Positions 12,531 through 27,269 of a stretch of DNA of 64,000 nt are shown here, in pieces. The notes beneath the pieces are model-generated. The model was not told where the DNA came from. It did not search any database and saw only the letters and a list, made by a program, of their open reading frames with translations. The translations under genes were made by a program, and so were the position numbers. Source of the stretch: Isurus oxyrinchus (Eukaryota). The stretch spans positions 24,428,001 through 24,492,000 of the forward strand of contig JANJGN010000026.1 of assembly GCA_026770705.1 (NCBI GenBank), in the 5' to 3' direction. The first letter of the stretch is position 1; every line of letters starts with the position of its first letter.

Positions 12531-13090
12531 TCTACTGTCCCATCAAACTTTCCAAGGATAGGTGCAGCATGGGGCTCGGCACCGAATTTAAAGCTCCCTC
12601 TACATTGCCACATTAAATACTCCCAGGGAAGGTACAGCACGGTGTTCGGTAGAGCGAAACTTCCTTGATACTGTCCTTGTGAAACACTCCCAGGGCAGGT
12701 ACAGCAAGGGCTAGATGCGGTTTGACACGGCCTAGCGTAAAGCAAAGACAGGGCCTACGGCTCCACACAACACTCCCAGGGCAGGAGTAGCATGGGGCTA
12801 CATTGATCATGTAAAGCTCCCTCTACATTGCCACATGAAAAAGTCCCAAGGCTTGTTTAGCACGGGTTAGATTCAGGGTGAAACTCCCTCTACACTGTCC
12901 CACCAGACAGTCCAAAGGCAGGGAAAGCACACATTAGATGCATGGGAAGGTCCTTCGACACGGCCACATCAAATCCCCGCTACTGGGCACAACACAGGTT
13001 GTATGCAGAGTAAAGTTTAATCTGCAGTTTCCTATCAAACTCCCAGGTCAGTGAATGCTCAAAACAGATTTAAAGCAAAGTTCCCTCTAT
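12530..13090 (+). repeat. About 65-70-bp tandem repeat (about 8 decayed units)
   Basis: Units like aaagctccctctacactgtcccatcaaacactcccagggcaggtacagcacgggttagat. Confidence 0.75.
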
Positions 13091-13929
13091 GGACTCCAGT
13101 CCATTTCATTAGATCAATTTAGTTTGAAGTTCATGAATTGGACTGAGAGAATGCATTAGCCATACGTGGTCTACATGTTGCGGGGTAAAGACAATGACCC
13201 ATAGAGAAGAGACAAAGCACAGAACCAGAGAGGAAAAAGTTACAGAGAGATAGAGACGATACAGGACATCTCTACAAACATATTTTCCGTGTCATTATAT
13301 TTCATGATAAGTGGGAATCTTTCTTAATTCTGAACATCGATATCGTCGTGACATAATTCTCATATCACTGACATTTAAAATTGCCCAAAAAACAATTGCG
13401 ACTGGAATCGGTTGATACATTTGCATATTTGACTCTATTTCTGTGCTGTGTTGGTGGGGAAATATTTGCTGTGTTTTTGTCTCTCCAGGATCTAATTTGG
13501 GACTTCTATTTCTGTGTTTATTTACAAATCCGCCTTACTGATCTCAATGAAGTGTCCATGGCAGCAAAACGAGATAAACAGAGGCACTTATTAATTGGTT
13601 TCTACTCAAAACAAAATTTATTTTGAGAATATTGACAGTTGGTACAAAATGAATAGAAAATTCTTCAACATTCATTGGAACAGATGTTATTTATTTCAAA
13701 CAAATATAAATACATTTAAATTAAGAATTTAATTCCAAAAGTTCCACTGTCACAATCAATAAAGAATCTTTGAACAAGCTGGGATTCCACTGAATGTCAA
13801 TTTGATTGAAGATTTAACCCATTTAATCTGGACAAATTAAAACAGCAGTCAGAGGAGTGACCTACAATCATATTAATCTCCGAGTTTTCAACATATCACA
13901 ATGAGCATTTTAAAATGTTAACATTGAGA

Positions 13930-14210
13930 AAGGCTTTGCATTTATACAACACTGCTCACGACCCCCAGGAGGTCCTAAAACCCTTAAAGCTTGTTGATGT
14001 AGCTTTGTTGAAGTTTAATCACTACTGTAATGTTGGAAATCCAAGCGGTGATTTGTGCACAGCAAGTCCCCACGAATAGAGCTGTGAAAAATGATCAGAT
14101 AATATGTGATTTCAGTTGACGAATGAATATTGGTCTAGAATAGAGGGCAGAACAATCCTGCTCTATAGAATGGTGCCAAGGGAGATTTTGCACCTGTTAT
14201 CGACCTGAAA
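13930..14210 (-). mobile_element. Deu-domain (SacSINE1-like) SINE fragment
   Basis: Reverse complement resembles the recalled Deu core (ttgctgtgcacaaat, ttcc.acattaca..agtga.ta.acttcaa); similar copies at 46175-46615 and 50130-50520. Confidence 0.55.
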
Positions 14211-14389
14211 GTTTGATCTGTTTCTCTCTCTACTGACGTCCACAGACCTGCTGAGTGTTTTTTTTTGTTTTGCTTTAGATTTCCGGACTCCACAGTATTT
14301 TGCAGCGCTTTAATTCTTTCTTGTGATATGGGCGTAATGAAGTAATTATTGCACTTTTCCATGTCTCACTTTATGATAGTCCAGACCAT

Positions 14390-17300
14390 ACTTTAATAAT
14401 CTCTTCACTACACCCTGCCTTAGTTTATATTAATATAGTCCCTTTGTCAGTAATCACTGCACTAGACTCTGTCTCAGATTATATTAATCTAGTCTCTGTA
14501 TCATTACTTACTGACCTGGACATGGTCTCAGTTTATTTTGATCTAGATCTTATATCAGTGATCAGTGCACTGTAAACTTTCTCAGTTTATATTGATATAG
14601 AGCCTGTATCAGTAATCTCTACACTGGACCTTGTTTCAGTTTATATTAAGCTAGTCTCTGTATCAGCAATAAAAGCAACATACCCTGCCCCAGTTTATTT
14701 AAATCTAGACCTTATTTCAGTAATCATTGCACCAGATCCCATCTCAGGTCATATTAATCTAATCCCTGTATCAGCATTCACTGCATTATGCCTTTCCCGA
14801 GTTCCTATTAATTTAGATCCTGCATCAGTAATCACTGCACTAGACCCTGTACAGGTTATATTAAGCTATACCTGTATCAGTAATCACTGCACTATGCCCT
14901 GCCTCAGTTTATATTAATCTAGACCATGTATAAGGAATCGTTGCACTCGATCATGCCTCAGTTCATATAAACCTATGCCATACATCAGTAATAACTGATT
15001 GGACACTCTCTCGGTTTATATTGATCTGAACCCTGTATCAGTAATCACTGCTCTGGACATGTTCTCATTTTATATTGATCCAGACTTTGTATTAGTAATC
15101 TCTGCAGTAGAGCCGGTCTCAGTTTATATTAATAAAGAGACTGCATTAGTAATCACTGCACTAGGCCATGCCGCAGTTTACATCTCATGACCCTGTATCA
15201 GTAATCACTGCACTTGGCCCTGTCTCAGTTTCTATTAATCTGGGCCCTCTATCGATAATCACAGTATCATGCTCTACCTCAGTGTTTATCAATCTTGGCC
15301 CTGTATAAGGAATCAGTGAACTAGACCCTGTCTCAATTAATATTGATCTAGACCCTGTATCAGTTATCTCTGCATGCAAGCCTGCCTCACTTTATATTTG
15401 CCTCGTCCCTGTATCATTAATTATGGCATGATAACCTGTCTCAGTTTATATTAACCTAGAACCTGTAACAATATTCACTGAACCATGCCCTGCCTCAGTT
15501 TATATCAATCTCGGCCCTGTAACAGTAATCACTGCATTGGACACTGTCTTAGTTACTATTAATCTAGACCATGTATCAGTAATCACTGCACTAGCCCGAG
15601 TCCCGGTTTATATTTACCTGGGCCCTGCATCAGTAACTACTGCACCATGGCCTATCTCATTTTATATTAGTCTAGTCCCTGTGTCACTAATTACAGCACT
15701 AGAACCTGTCTCAGTTTATATTAACCTAGAGCCTGTATCAGTATTCACTGAACTATGTCCTGCCTCAGTTTATATCAACCTAGACCCTGTATTAATAATC
15801 ACTGCACTGGACACTGTCTCAGTTTCTATTATCCCAGATCATGTATCAGTAGCCACTGCAATAGACACTGTCTCAGTTTACATTGATCTAGACCCTGTAT
15901 CAGTAATCACTGCAATGGACATTGTCTCAGTTTATATTGATCTCGACCCTGTATCAGTAATAACTGCACTTGGCCCTGTATCAGTTTCTATTAATCTAGA
16001 CACTGTATCATTAATCAGTGCATTAGACCCTGTCTCAGTTAATGTTGATCCAGACCCTGTATCAGTTATCTCTGTACTAAAGCCTATCTTAGTTTATATT
16101 AATTTGGTCCCTGTATCACTAATTACTGCACAAGAACCTATCTCAGTTTATATTGATCTAGACCCTACATCAGTAATCACTGCACTAGCCCATTTCCTAA
16201 TTTATATTTATCTGGGCCCTTAGCAGTTTCTATTAATCTAGATCCTGTATCAGCAATCATTGCATTAGCCCATGTCCTAGTTTATATTTATCTACCTGCC
16301 TAAGTTTACATATTCCTAGACCCAGTATCAGTAATCACTGCACTACACCCTGTCTCATTTTGTATTGATCTAGCCCTGTATCAGTCATCACTGCACTGGA
16401 CAATGTTTCAGTTTATATTAATCTAGGCCCTGTGTCTGTAATCACTGCACTAAGCCCTGTCTCAGTTTATATTAACCTAGAACCTGTAACAATATTCACT
16501 GAACCATGCCCTGCCTCAGTTTATATCAATCTCGGCCCTGTAACAGTAATCACTGCATTGGACACTGTCTTAGTTACTATTAATCTAGACCATGTATCAG
16601 TAATCACTGCACTAGCCCGAGTCCCGGTTTATATTTACCTGGGCCCTGCATCAGTAACTACTGCACCATGGCCTATCTCATTTTATATTAGTCTAGTCCC
16701 TGTGTCACTAATTACAGCACTAGAACCTGTCTCAGTTTATATTAACCTAGAGCCTGTATCAGTATTCACTGAACTATGTCCTGCCTCAGTTTATATCAAC
16801 CTAGACCCTGTATTAATAATCACTGCACTGGACACTGTCTCAGTTTCTATTATCCCAGATCATGTATCAGTAGCCACTGCAATAGACACTGTCTCAGTTT
16901 ACATTGATCTAGACCCTGTATCAGTAATCACTGCAATGGACATTGTCTCAGTTTATATTGATCTCGACCCTGTATCAGTAATAACTGCACTTGGCCCTGT
17001 ATCAGTTTCTATTAATCTAGACACTGTATCATTAATCAGTGCATTAGACCCTGTCTCAGTTAATGTTGATCCAGACCCTGTATCAGTTATCTCTGTACTA
17101 AAGCCTATCTTAATTTATATTAATTTGGTCCCTGTATCACTAATTACTGCACAAGAACCTATCTCAGTTTATATTGATCTAGACCCTACATCAGTAATCA
17201 CTGCACTAGCCCATTTCCTAATTTATATTTATCTGGGCCCTTAGCAGTTTCTATTAATCTAGATCCTGTATCAGCAATCATTGCATTAGCCCATGTCCTA

Positions 17301-20300
17301 GTTTATATTTATCTACCTGCCTAAGTTTACATATTCCTAGACCCAGTATCAGTAATCACTGCACTACACCCTGTCTCATTTTGTATTGATCTAGCCCTGT
17401 ATCAGTCATCACTGCACTGGACAATGTTTCAGTTTATATTAATCTAGGCCCTGTGTCTGTAATCACTGCACTAAGCCCTGTCTCAGTTTATATTAATCTA
17501 GAGCCGGTACCAGTAATCACTGTACTAGGCCCTGCCTCAGCTGATATCAGTCTAGACCCTCTATCAGTTATCACTGCATCTGGCCCTGTCTCGGTTCATA
17601 TTAATCTAGACTCTTACTCAGTAATCATTGGACTAGATACTGTCTCAGTTTATATTAGTCCAGACCCTCTATCAGTAATCAATGCACTAGACCCTCTCTC
17701 AGTTTGTATTAATCTAGAGCCTGTATTGGCAAACAATGCTCTATGCTCTTTCTCAGTTTATATCAATCTAGGCCCTATATTAGTAATCACTGCACTTGGC
17801 TCTCTCTTCGTTTATGTTAATCTAGACTTTGTATTAGTAATCATTGCATTAGACTGTGTCTCAGTTTATATAAATGTAGACCCTGTATCAGTAATCAATG
17901 CACTAGGTCCCGTCTCAGTTTATATTAATTTAGATTCTGTACCAGTAAACACTGCACTCGGCCCTGTATCAGTAATCACTGCACTAGACCCAGTCCTAGT
18001 TTGTATTTATACAGGCCCAGTATCAGTAATCATGGCACAATGCCCTGCCTCAGTTTTTCTAATCTAGACCCTGTATCACTGTTCTAGGCTCTGTATCAGT
18101 TCATATTAATCTAGAACTATATGAGTAATCTCTGCAATCTGCCATCCCTTAGTTTTTATAAATGTAGATCCTATATCAGTAACCGCTGCTCAGGACACTG
18201 TCTGGCTTCATATTAATCAAGACCCTGTGTCAGTAATCACTGCACTAGGCCCTATCTCAGTTTATATTAATCTAGAACCTGTATCAACGTTCACTGCACT
18301 CTGCTCTGCCTCAGTTTATATTGATGTAGGCCCTGTATCACTAATCACTGCAGTTGGCCCTGCCTCAGTTTATACTAGTCCACGCCCTGTATCAGTAATC
18401 ACTGCTCTATGCTCTGTCTCAGTATATATCAATCTACCCTCCATATTAGTAATCACTGCATTTGGCTCTCTCTCAGTTTATATTAATCTAGATACTGCAT
18501 CAGTTTATATTAATCTAGACCTGCTATCAGTAATCAGTGCACTTGGCCTTCTCTCATTTTTGTTAATATCGACCCTACATCAGTAACCAGTGTACTACAC
18601 CCTGCGTAAGTTTAAATTGATCCGGACCCTGTATTAGAAATCACTGAACGAGACCCTGTCTCTGTTTATATCAATCTGGACCCTGTATCAGTAATGACTA
18701 CACTAGACCATGTCTCAGTTCATATTAACCTATGCCATGAATCAGTTATAACTGCACTGGACACTGTCTCAGTTTATATTGACACAGACTCTGTATTAAT
18801 AATCACTGCACAGTAGAGCCTGTCTCAGTTTATATTAATGAATAGACTGCATTAGTAATCACCGCACTAGGCCCTGCCTCATTTTATGTCTCACGACCCT
18901 GTCAGTAATCACCGCACTTGGCCGTGTCTCAGTTTCTATTAATCTAGGCCCTCTATCTGTAATCACTGTATTATGCTCTACCTCAGCATGTATCAATATT
19001 GACCCTGTATAAGTAACAGTGAACTAGACCCTGTCTCAATTAATATTGATCTAGGCCCTGTATTAATTATCTCTGCACTCAAGCCTGTCTCACTTTACAT
19101 TAGTCTAGTCCCTGTATCACTAATTATGGCACTAGAACCTGTCTAAGTTTATATTAACCTAGAACCTGTATCAGTATTCACTGCACTAGACCCTGCCTCA
19201 GTTTATATCAACTTGGACCCTGTTACAGAAATCAGTGCACTTGGCCATGTCTCAGTTTCTAACAATCTAGAACCTGTTCGGTAATCACTGCATTGGACAC
19301 TGTCTCAGTTTATATTGATCTAGACCATATGTCAGTAATCACTGCATTAGCCCCTGTCCCAGTTTATATTTATCTGTGCCCTGCATCAGTAATTACTGCA
19401 CTAGGCCATGTCTTAGGTTACATTAATATAGACACTGTATCAGTATTCAGTGCACTAGACCCTACCTCAGTTATTGTTGATCCAGGCCCTGTGTCAGTTC
19501 TCTCTGCACTAGAGCCTGTCTCAGTTTTTATTAATCTAGTCCCAGTATCACTAATTACTGCACTAGAACCTATCTCCGTTTATATTGATCAAGACCATGA
19601 ATCAGTAATCATTGCACTTGGCCCTGTCTCAGTTTCTATTAATCTAGATCCTGTATCAGCAATCACTGCATTAGCCCATGCTCTAGTTTATATTTATCTG
19701 CCTGCCTAAGCTTATATATTCATAGAACCTGTATCAGTCATCACCGCACAAGATACTGCTTCAATTTATATTGATCTAGCCCCTGTATCAATAATCACTG
19801 CACTTTGCCCTGCCTCAGTTTATGTCAACCTAGACCCTGTAAAACTAATCACTGCACGAGGCCCTATTTCAGTTTATATTAATCTAGGCCCTGCATCACG
19901 AATAACTGCATGAGTCCCTGTATCAGCTTATATTAATCCAGACCTATATCTGTAATCACTGCACTCTGCCCTGCTTCAGTATTTATCAATCTAGACCCTG
20001 TGTCAGTAACCACTGCACTAGACCCTGTCTCAGTTTATATCAATCTAGACCCTGTACCAATAATTACTTCAGTAGTCTTTGTCTCACCTTATATTAATCC
20101 AGACCCTGTATCAGTAATCACTGCATTATACCCTAAATCAGTTTATATTGATCCAGACCCTGTATCAGTAATCATTGTAATGAACACTGTCACTGCACAA
20201 TGCCCTGCCTTAGCTTTTATCAATCTAGATCCTGTATTACTATTCACTGCACTAGGCCCGGTCTCAATTTATATTAATCTAGACCCTGTATCAGTCATCA

Positions 20301-21780
20301 CTGCACTTTGCCCTTCCTGACTTTATATCAACTTCGACCATGTATCAGTAATCAAAAGAGTTGGCCCTGTCTCAGTTCATATTAATCCAGACCCTTTCTC
20401 GGTAATCATTGCACTAGACACTGTCTCAGTTTATATTAGTCCAGGCTCTGTATCAGTAATGGTAGCACTAGAGAAAGCCTCAGTTTATATTAGTCCAGAC
20501 CCTGTATCAGTAATCAATGCACTAGACCCTCTTTCAGTTTCTATTAATCTTGAGTCTGTATCAGTAATCAATGCTCTATGCTCTGTCTCAGTTTATATCA
20601 ATCTAGGCCCTATTTTAGGAATCACTGCACTTGGCCCTCCTTTCGTTTATGTTAATCTAGACCCTGTATCAGTAATCACTGCAGTAGACCTTGTCTCAGT
20701 TTATATTAATGCAGACACTGTATCAGTAATCACTGCACTAGGCCCCCTTTCAATTTATGTTAACCTAGACCCTGTGCCAGTCAACACTGCACTGGGCCCT
20801 GTATCAGTAATCACTGCACTAGACCCAGTCCTAGCTTATATTTATTCAGGCCCTGTATCAGTAATCTCTGCACTATGCCCTGCCTCACTTTTTATCAATG
20901 TAGATATTGTATCAGTAACTGATGCACTGGACACGGTCTCATTTCAGATTAATCAAGACCCTGTATCAGTAATCACTGCACTAGGCCCTGTCTCAATTTA
21001 TATAAATCTAGAGCCTGTATCAGTGTTCACTGCACTTGGCCCTGCTTCAGTTTATATCAATGTAGGCTCTGTATCAGTAATCGCTGCAGTTGGCCCTGCC
21101 TCAGTTTATACTAGCCTAGACCCTGTATCAGTAATCACTGCTCTATGCTCTGTCTCAGTATATATCAATCTACCCCCTATATTAGCAACCACTACATTTG
21201 GTAGACCTGATATTGATAATCACTGCACTAGGCCCCGTCTCATTAATGTTCATCTAGACCCTGTTTAAGTAACCAGTGTACTACACCATGTGTCAGTTTA
21301 AATTGATCCACACCCTGTACCAGTGACCGCTGGAGTAGAACCGCTCTCGTTTTATATTAATCAATACCCAGTATCAGTAATCACTGCAGAAGGCTTTGTC
21401 TCAATTTATGTTAATCCAGACCGTTAATCAGCAATCACCACCCTAGATCCTATCTCAGTTCATATTGACATAGACCCTGATTCAGTAATCACTGCAATGG
21501 ACACGGTCTCAGCTTATATTTATCTACACCCTGTATCATTAATCACTGCCCTATCACTTGTGATGGTGTATATTCATCTCGGCCCTCTATCGGTAATCAC
21601 TGCACTATGCCCTGACTCAGTTTATATCAATCTAGACCCTGTATGAGTAATCACTGCGCTAGCCCCTGTCTTCGTTTATATTAATCTAAACCTTGTGTCA
21701 ATAAGCTCTGCACTAGGCCCAGATTCAGTTTATGATAATCTAGGCCTTGCATCAGTAAGCACTGCAACTGGCATTTTCTT
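14390..21780 (+). repeat. 7.4-kb minisatellite: 54-bp dimer of two 27-bp subunits, with higher-order duplications
   Basis: Alternating ctagaccctgtatcagtaatcactgca and ctagaccctgtctcagtttatattaat; resumes at about 23090-23710 after a Penelope insertion. Confidence 0.95.
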
Positions 21781-21794
21781 AATTTATACCAATC

Positions 21795-23075
21795 TGGATA
21801 AAAGCAAAATATTGCAGATGCTGGAAGCCTGAAAGTAAAGCAAAAAATGATGGGAAATCTCAACAGGTCTGACAGCACCTGTGGAGACAGAAGCAGAGTT
21901 AATGTTTCAAGACCATATGGCTCTTCTTCAGAGTTAAAGAACAGTCGACATGTCATGACCTTTATACTGTTTAAGCGTGGTGGAGCCAGTGAGTCTGGAC
22001 AGAAGGCAAGCGATAGATGGGGGTAAGGTGACAATGACAAACATCATAGGCAAAAAGACAAAAGATAAAGAAGGTGCTGATAGCGGCATAAATGTAAGAA
22101 AGCAGAATGTGTTAATAGGAGAACCAGAATAAGCACACTGTGAAAGAACAACATGGAACAATTAACAGATAGCCCTTACTGGGATGTGGTTCATGGTGGT
22201 TGGGGTAAAAAGGTATAAAAAGGAATAAAAAAGTGGATAAAAAGGGGGATAAAACAATAAATGAATAAGAGTGTAAAATGCCTAATCGGGAGATGAGGTG
22301 CTGTTGCTCCCATTTGTATTGGACTTCACTGGAACATTGCAACAGGCCAAGGACGGGCATGTGGGCATGAGAGCAGGAAGTTGTGTTGAAATGGCTAGCG
22401 ACAGGGAAGCCTGGGTCATGCTTGCAGAAAGACCGAAGATGTTCCACAAAGCAGTCACCCGGTCTGTGTTTGGTCTCCCCAATCTACAGGACACGGCATT
22501 GGGAGCAGCCAATGGAGTAGACCAAATTGAAAGAGGTGCAATGAAGTGCTGCTTCACCTGAAAGGAGTGGGAGTGTTTGAGCCCTTGGATGGTGAGGAGG
22601 CAAGGGGTAAATGGGCAGGTGTGGCATCTTCTGTGATTGCATGGGAAGGTGCCATGGGAAGGAGATGAGGTGTTAGGAGTGATGGAGGAGTGGACCACGG
22701 TTTCCTGGAGGGAATGGTGTCTACGGAATGCTGACAGTAGTGGAGGGGGTGGGCTGATGAGGGGAAGATGTGTTTGGTAGTGGCATCATGCTGGAGTTAG
22801 CGGAAATGGCAGAGGATGATCCTTTGATTGCGGAGGCTGGTGGGGTGAAATGTGAGGGCAAGGGAGGCCCCATCATCGTTCTGGGAGGAAGGAGAAAGTG
22901 TGAGCAGAGGCTCGGGAGATGGGTCGGACACAATTGTAGGGCCTGTCAAGCACAGTGCCGGGGAAACTTTGGTTAAGGAAGAAGGAAGACATGTCAGTAA
23001 TGCTGATTTGGAAAGCGGCATAATCGGAACAGATGTGAAGGAGGCAAAGCAACTGAGAGAATGGGATGGTGTTTT
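21795..23075 (-). mobile_element. Penelope-like element 3' part (GIY-YIG region) inserted in the satellite
   Basis: GTFPCNHRRCHTCPF, FQVKQHF, EHLRS...PVASHFN; colinear with 39100-40400. Confidence 0.85.
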
Positions 23076-23704
23076 TACAGATTTTTCTGCTTTTATATTA
23101 CTCTAGACCCTGTATCAGTAATCACTGCAGTAGGCCCCATCTCAGTTTCTAATAATCTTGACTCTGCACCAGTAATCACTGCACTGGTCCCTGTCTCAGT
23201 TGATAATAACCCAGGCCCTGCATCGGTAAAAATTGCACTAAACCTTGCCTCAGTTTATGTCAATCAAGACCCTGTTTTAGTAATTCCTATACATCCCTGG
23301 TTCAATTTACTTCTTACCCTCATCTGCAGCTGCCAATGCTAGACTACACACTGCTTTAGTTATTGTTATACTGGAGAACGTCATTGTTAATAGTACAATG
23401 GGTCTATCTTATTTATTAATGCAGTCGTCCATATCTCTATTTTTGTTGCAATTGGTCCTTTCCCAATTATCACGTAACCTGACCTTGCCACAGTTTATAT
23501 TATTAGATATTGTGTCAGTTATTACCACACTATGCCATGCTTCTGTGGACACTCCAGTTGACCCTTTTTCTGTTTGTACCATAGCACTCCCATGTCTGAA
23601 TTTATATTTCACTGCACCTTGTGTTTCATTATTCCACACTGTACCATCCTTCGGTTATCATACCCTTGGCCTGATGACCTTGTCTCAGTAATGACTGTAC
23701 TGGA

Positions 23705-24365
23705 CCATACGAACATACGAACAGGGAGCAGGAGTAGGCCATTCAGACCCCCGAGGCTACTCCATCATTTAATAAGATCATGGCTGATCTGATAGGAACC
23801 TGAAATCAGGATCCCACCTATCCCCGATAATCTATCACCCCCTTGCTTACCAAGAAACCATCCACCTCTGCCTTAAAAATATTCAAAGGCTCTATTTCCA
23901 CTGCCTTTTTAGGAAGAGAGTCCTAAAGACTCACGACCTTGAGTGAAAAAAATTCGCCTCATCTCCGTTTTACATGGGCGACCCCTTATTTTTAAAAAAG
24001 TGACCCCAGTTCTAGATTCTCCCACAAGAGGAAACATCCTCTCCACATCCACCCTGTCAAGACTCCTCAGGATCTTATATTTCAGCCAAGTCGCCTCTTA
24101 TTCTTCTAAACTCCAGCAGATAGAAGCCGAGCCTGTCCAACCTTATTAGGTAACCCACCCATTCCAGGTATTCGTCTAGTAAACCTTCTCTGAACTGCTC
24201 CTCACACATTTACACCCTTCCTTAAATAAGGTGACCAATAATGTGCACAGTTCTCCAAACGTAGTCTCACTCGTGCCTGGTATAACTGAAGCAGAACTTC
24301 CCTACTCTTGTATTCAATCTCCTTCGCAAGAAATGATAACATTCAATTAGTTTTCCCAATTACTT
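23705..24365 (-). mobile_element. CR1 LINE 3' fragment
   Basis: catacgaacatacgaa tail plus gcaggagtaggccattc; CR1 ORF2 C-terminal similarity. Confidence 0.8.
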
Positions 24366-24624
24366 ACATTTCCCCTTTTATCTTTCTCTCAGCACTGTAT
24401 CTGTGTATATAACGCTTTCTGCAGTTTAATTTATTAATGCACAAGACCGTGCCTCTATATACACTACAATTGACCTTTTCTCAGTTTTTACTGCAATAGA
24501 CCTTGTCTCTGCTTATATTGCATTATATGCTGCTTCGTTTATTAATGCACATAGCCGTGCTTCTATATCTACTGCAATAGACAATGTCTGACCTGTGTTG
24601 CATTGAACAAAGCCTCTGTTTGTA

Positions 24625-25800
24625 TTAAAGGAGGATTCATCTCACAACTGACTTGTGAGAAAAAATATTTCTCATGGAATAAAAGGGACAGTAGCAACGT
24701 GGATACAAAATTGGCTGAAAAATAGGAAGCAGAGAGTAATGGTCAATGGATGTTTTTCGGGCTGGAGGAAGGTTTGCAGTGGATTTTCCCTGGGGTCAGT
24801 ATTGGGACACTTGCTTTTCCTGATATATATTAGTGATCTAGATCTTGGTGTGCAGAGGACAATTTCAAATTTGGTGGATGATACGAAGCTTGGGGGTGTT
24901 GTGAACTGCGAGGAGGACGGTGTGGAACTTCAAGAGGACACAGACAAGTTGGTGGAGTGGGTAGATAAGTGGCAGGTGAAGTTCAATGTGGAGAAGTGTG
25001 ACGTGATGCATTTTGGTAGGAAGAATATGAACAGACAATATAAAATAAGGGGTGGAATTTTGAAGGTGTGCCGGAGCAGAAAGACTTGGATGTTTTTGTG
25101 CATAGATCATTGAAGGTGGCAGGACAGATGGAGAGTGCAGTTACTAAAGCATATAATATCTTGGGCTCTATTAATAGGGCATAGAGTACAAGAGCAGGGA
25201 GGCTCTGCTGAGTTTATATGAGACCCTCGTTAGACCTCAGCTGGAATATTGTGTACCGTCCTGGGTACCATATTGTAGGAAGGATGTGAAGACATTGGAG
25301 AGAGTGGAGAAGAGGGTTACAAGAATGCGCCCAGAGATGAGAAACTGCAGCTATGAGGTTAGATTGGAGAAGTTGGGACTGTTCTCCTTGGAGAGAAGAA
25401 CGCTGAGAGGAGATTTGATAGCAGTTTTCAAAATCATCAGTGGGTTGGACAGAGCAGATAGGGAGAAACTATTCCCAATTGTAAAAAGATCAAGAACGAG
25501 AGGGCACCGACTTAAAGTGATTTGCTAATGAAATAACTGTGATGTGAGAAAAAAAAAACTTGTTCACACAATGAGTGGTTCGAGTCTGGAATGCACTGCC
25601 TGGAAGTGTGGTGGAGGCAGGTTCAATCGAGGCATTCAAGAGGGCATTAGATGATTATTTGAATAGAAACAAAGTGCAAGGGTTTTGGGAAAAGGCAGGG
25701 CAATGGCACTAGGTCATAATGCTCATCTGGAGAGCCGGTGCAGACATGGTGGGCCGAATGGCCTCCATCTGTGCCTTTAAGATTCTGTGATCCTGTGATA
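24625..25800 (+). mobile_element. CR1 LINE, 5'-truncated
   Basis: RT motifs GSVLG.LLFLIYISDLD and VDDTKLGG; tail gattctgtgatcctgtgat. Confidence 0.9.
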
Positions 25801-26032
25801 TTACTGTTTAGGCTGCTTCATTCATTACTGTACTCTCCTATGTCTCACCTTATATTATAGAGGTCCAATCCCATTTATTGATACATTATTGATACAGCCT
25901 AATACAGTATATCACAGGACCACAGAATCTTAAAGGCACAGATGGAGGCCATTCGGCCCACTATGCCTGCACCAGCTCTCCAGATGAGCATTATGACCTA
26001 GTGCCATTGCCCTGCCTTTTCCCGAAACCCTT
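25678..26032. repeat. Inverted repeat, arms about 138 bp (25678-25815, 25895-26032), spacer about 79 bp
   Basis: The right arm is a near-perfect reverse complement of the CR1 3' end plus about 15 bp of its flank. Confidence 0.9.
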
Positions 26033-27269
26033 CTCACGTCTCAGTTATTACTGCACTATAAAAGATCTCTGTTAACTAGAGATAGAGAGAGAGAGCCAGA
26101 TGGATAGGTATGTATGAATTTTAAAAATGTTATGGTATCCTGTAGGTAAAAAGGGGTTGGAAGAATACGTTTAGTCTCGTTAATGACTATTAGGTGTTGG
26201 ATGCAATTTCAAATTGCTCTCGTGTTATTTGAGTAATGTTTGTATTGAAAGGATGGGACAGATTTTGCTACATTCTCTTAATTAATGAGATTGAGTAATG
26301 GAAATAAAGGTGAACCACATTGCACTGCACATTGCACAACTTAGTCACAAGCTGCATTGTGTTAGAGATGATTAACTCATATTTGAGTTGACCTGTGGCA
26401 ATTGCTCACAGTTTTCTTTAATTTTAAGATTTTTTTCCCCCACTTTACCGATCCGGCTTTCTGTTTGCTTTTGGCGTGGTCACTGACTGTGAGAGACAGA
26501 GTCTGAAACCGTATCCTCAGGCGAATGGGCGTCCGCGGGGTCCTGATGACACATTGTGTGTGAGTCGATGTGTGCATTTGTGTGCAGCTGTAATGTGGAG
26601 GCGGATACGTCTGGAACACATCATTTTTCATTGCTTGCAAAAGAGGTTATGATTATTTTTCAGCACGTTATGATACCTTATTGAGTATATACTTACAGGT
26701 CCTATGCTACCGTTAATATTTATTGGTAATGCAATGTCTTGTGTGCTCTTGAAAGTAATGTCAAGCTGGCAATTCTGTTGTCAAGGCAAATACATTTTTC
26801 AAATGACTCACTGAACTTCTTCCCTCTCCTCCTCTGTCTCAGACAACACCTAAATCAGTTAACCTCTCCTCTCTCTCTCAGACTTCACTTAACTCACTTA
26901 CAGACTCACAAGGGCCAGATCTGGCAGCTGCGAGGAACCAATGTTTAAATCTTCTGCTTAAGGCACATTATCACTGAAAAGATTAAGCACCAAAATCTCA
27001 TCAGAGGAAAATTCAGTGCCAGAAAGACACCAGCTCACTCACTTAACCTCTCTCCTCTCTTTCTCGCCGACAGCACCAAACTCTCTTAACACTTTATATC
27101 TTAGAAGTACCCTCTGTGAGGGAAATTATTGTTTTAATTTCCCCTCTTTTCTCTCAGTGATAACCTTCAGTCCATCACGCCTTCAGTTAATATGTTATAA
27201 CCAAAATAATATCATTTATTCAATTCTTTAAACTGGGAATAGAGGTGAATGTAATGCTGAGATCTGCAG

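Noticed and set aside
13419-13626. Octamer plus strong acceptor (ttttgtctctccag) and an 81-aa ORF
   Set aside because: No recognisable protein in any phase and no associated exons.
15537-21268. Long ORFs of LDPVSVITA/LDPVSVYIN repeats (up to 270 aa)
   Set aside because: A by-product of a 27-bp unit lacking stops in one frame; frames break repeatedly and there is no gene structure.
14390-21780. CRISPR-like regularly spaced repeats
   Set aside because: No unique spacers, no cas genes, vertebrate context.
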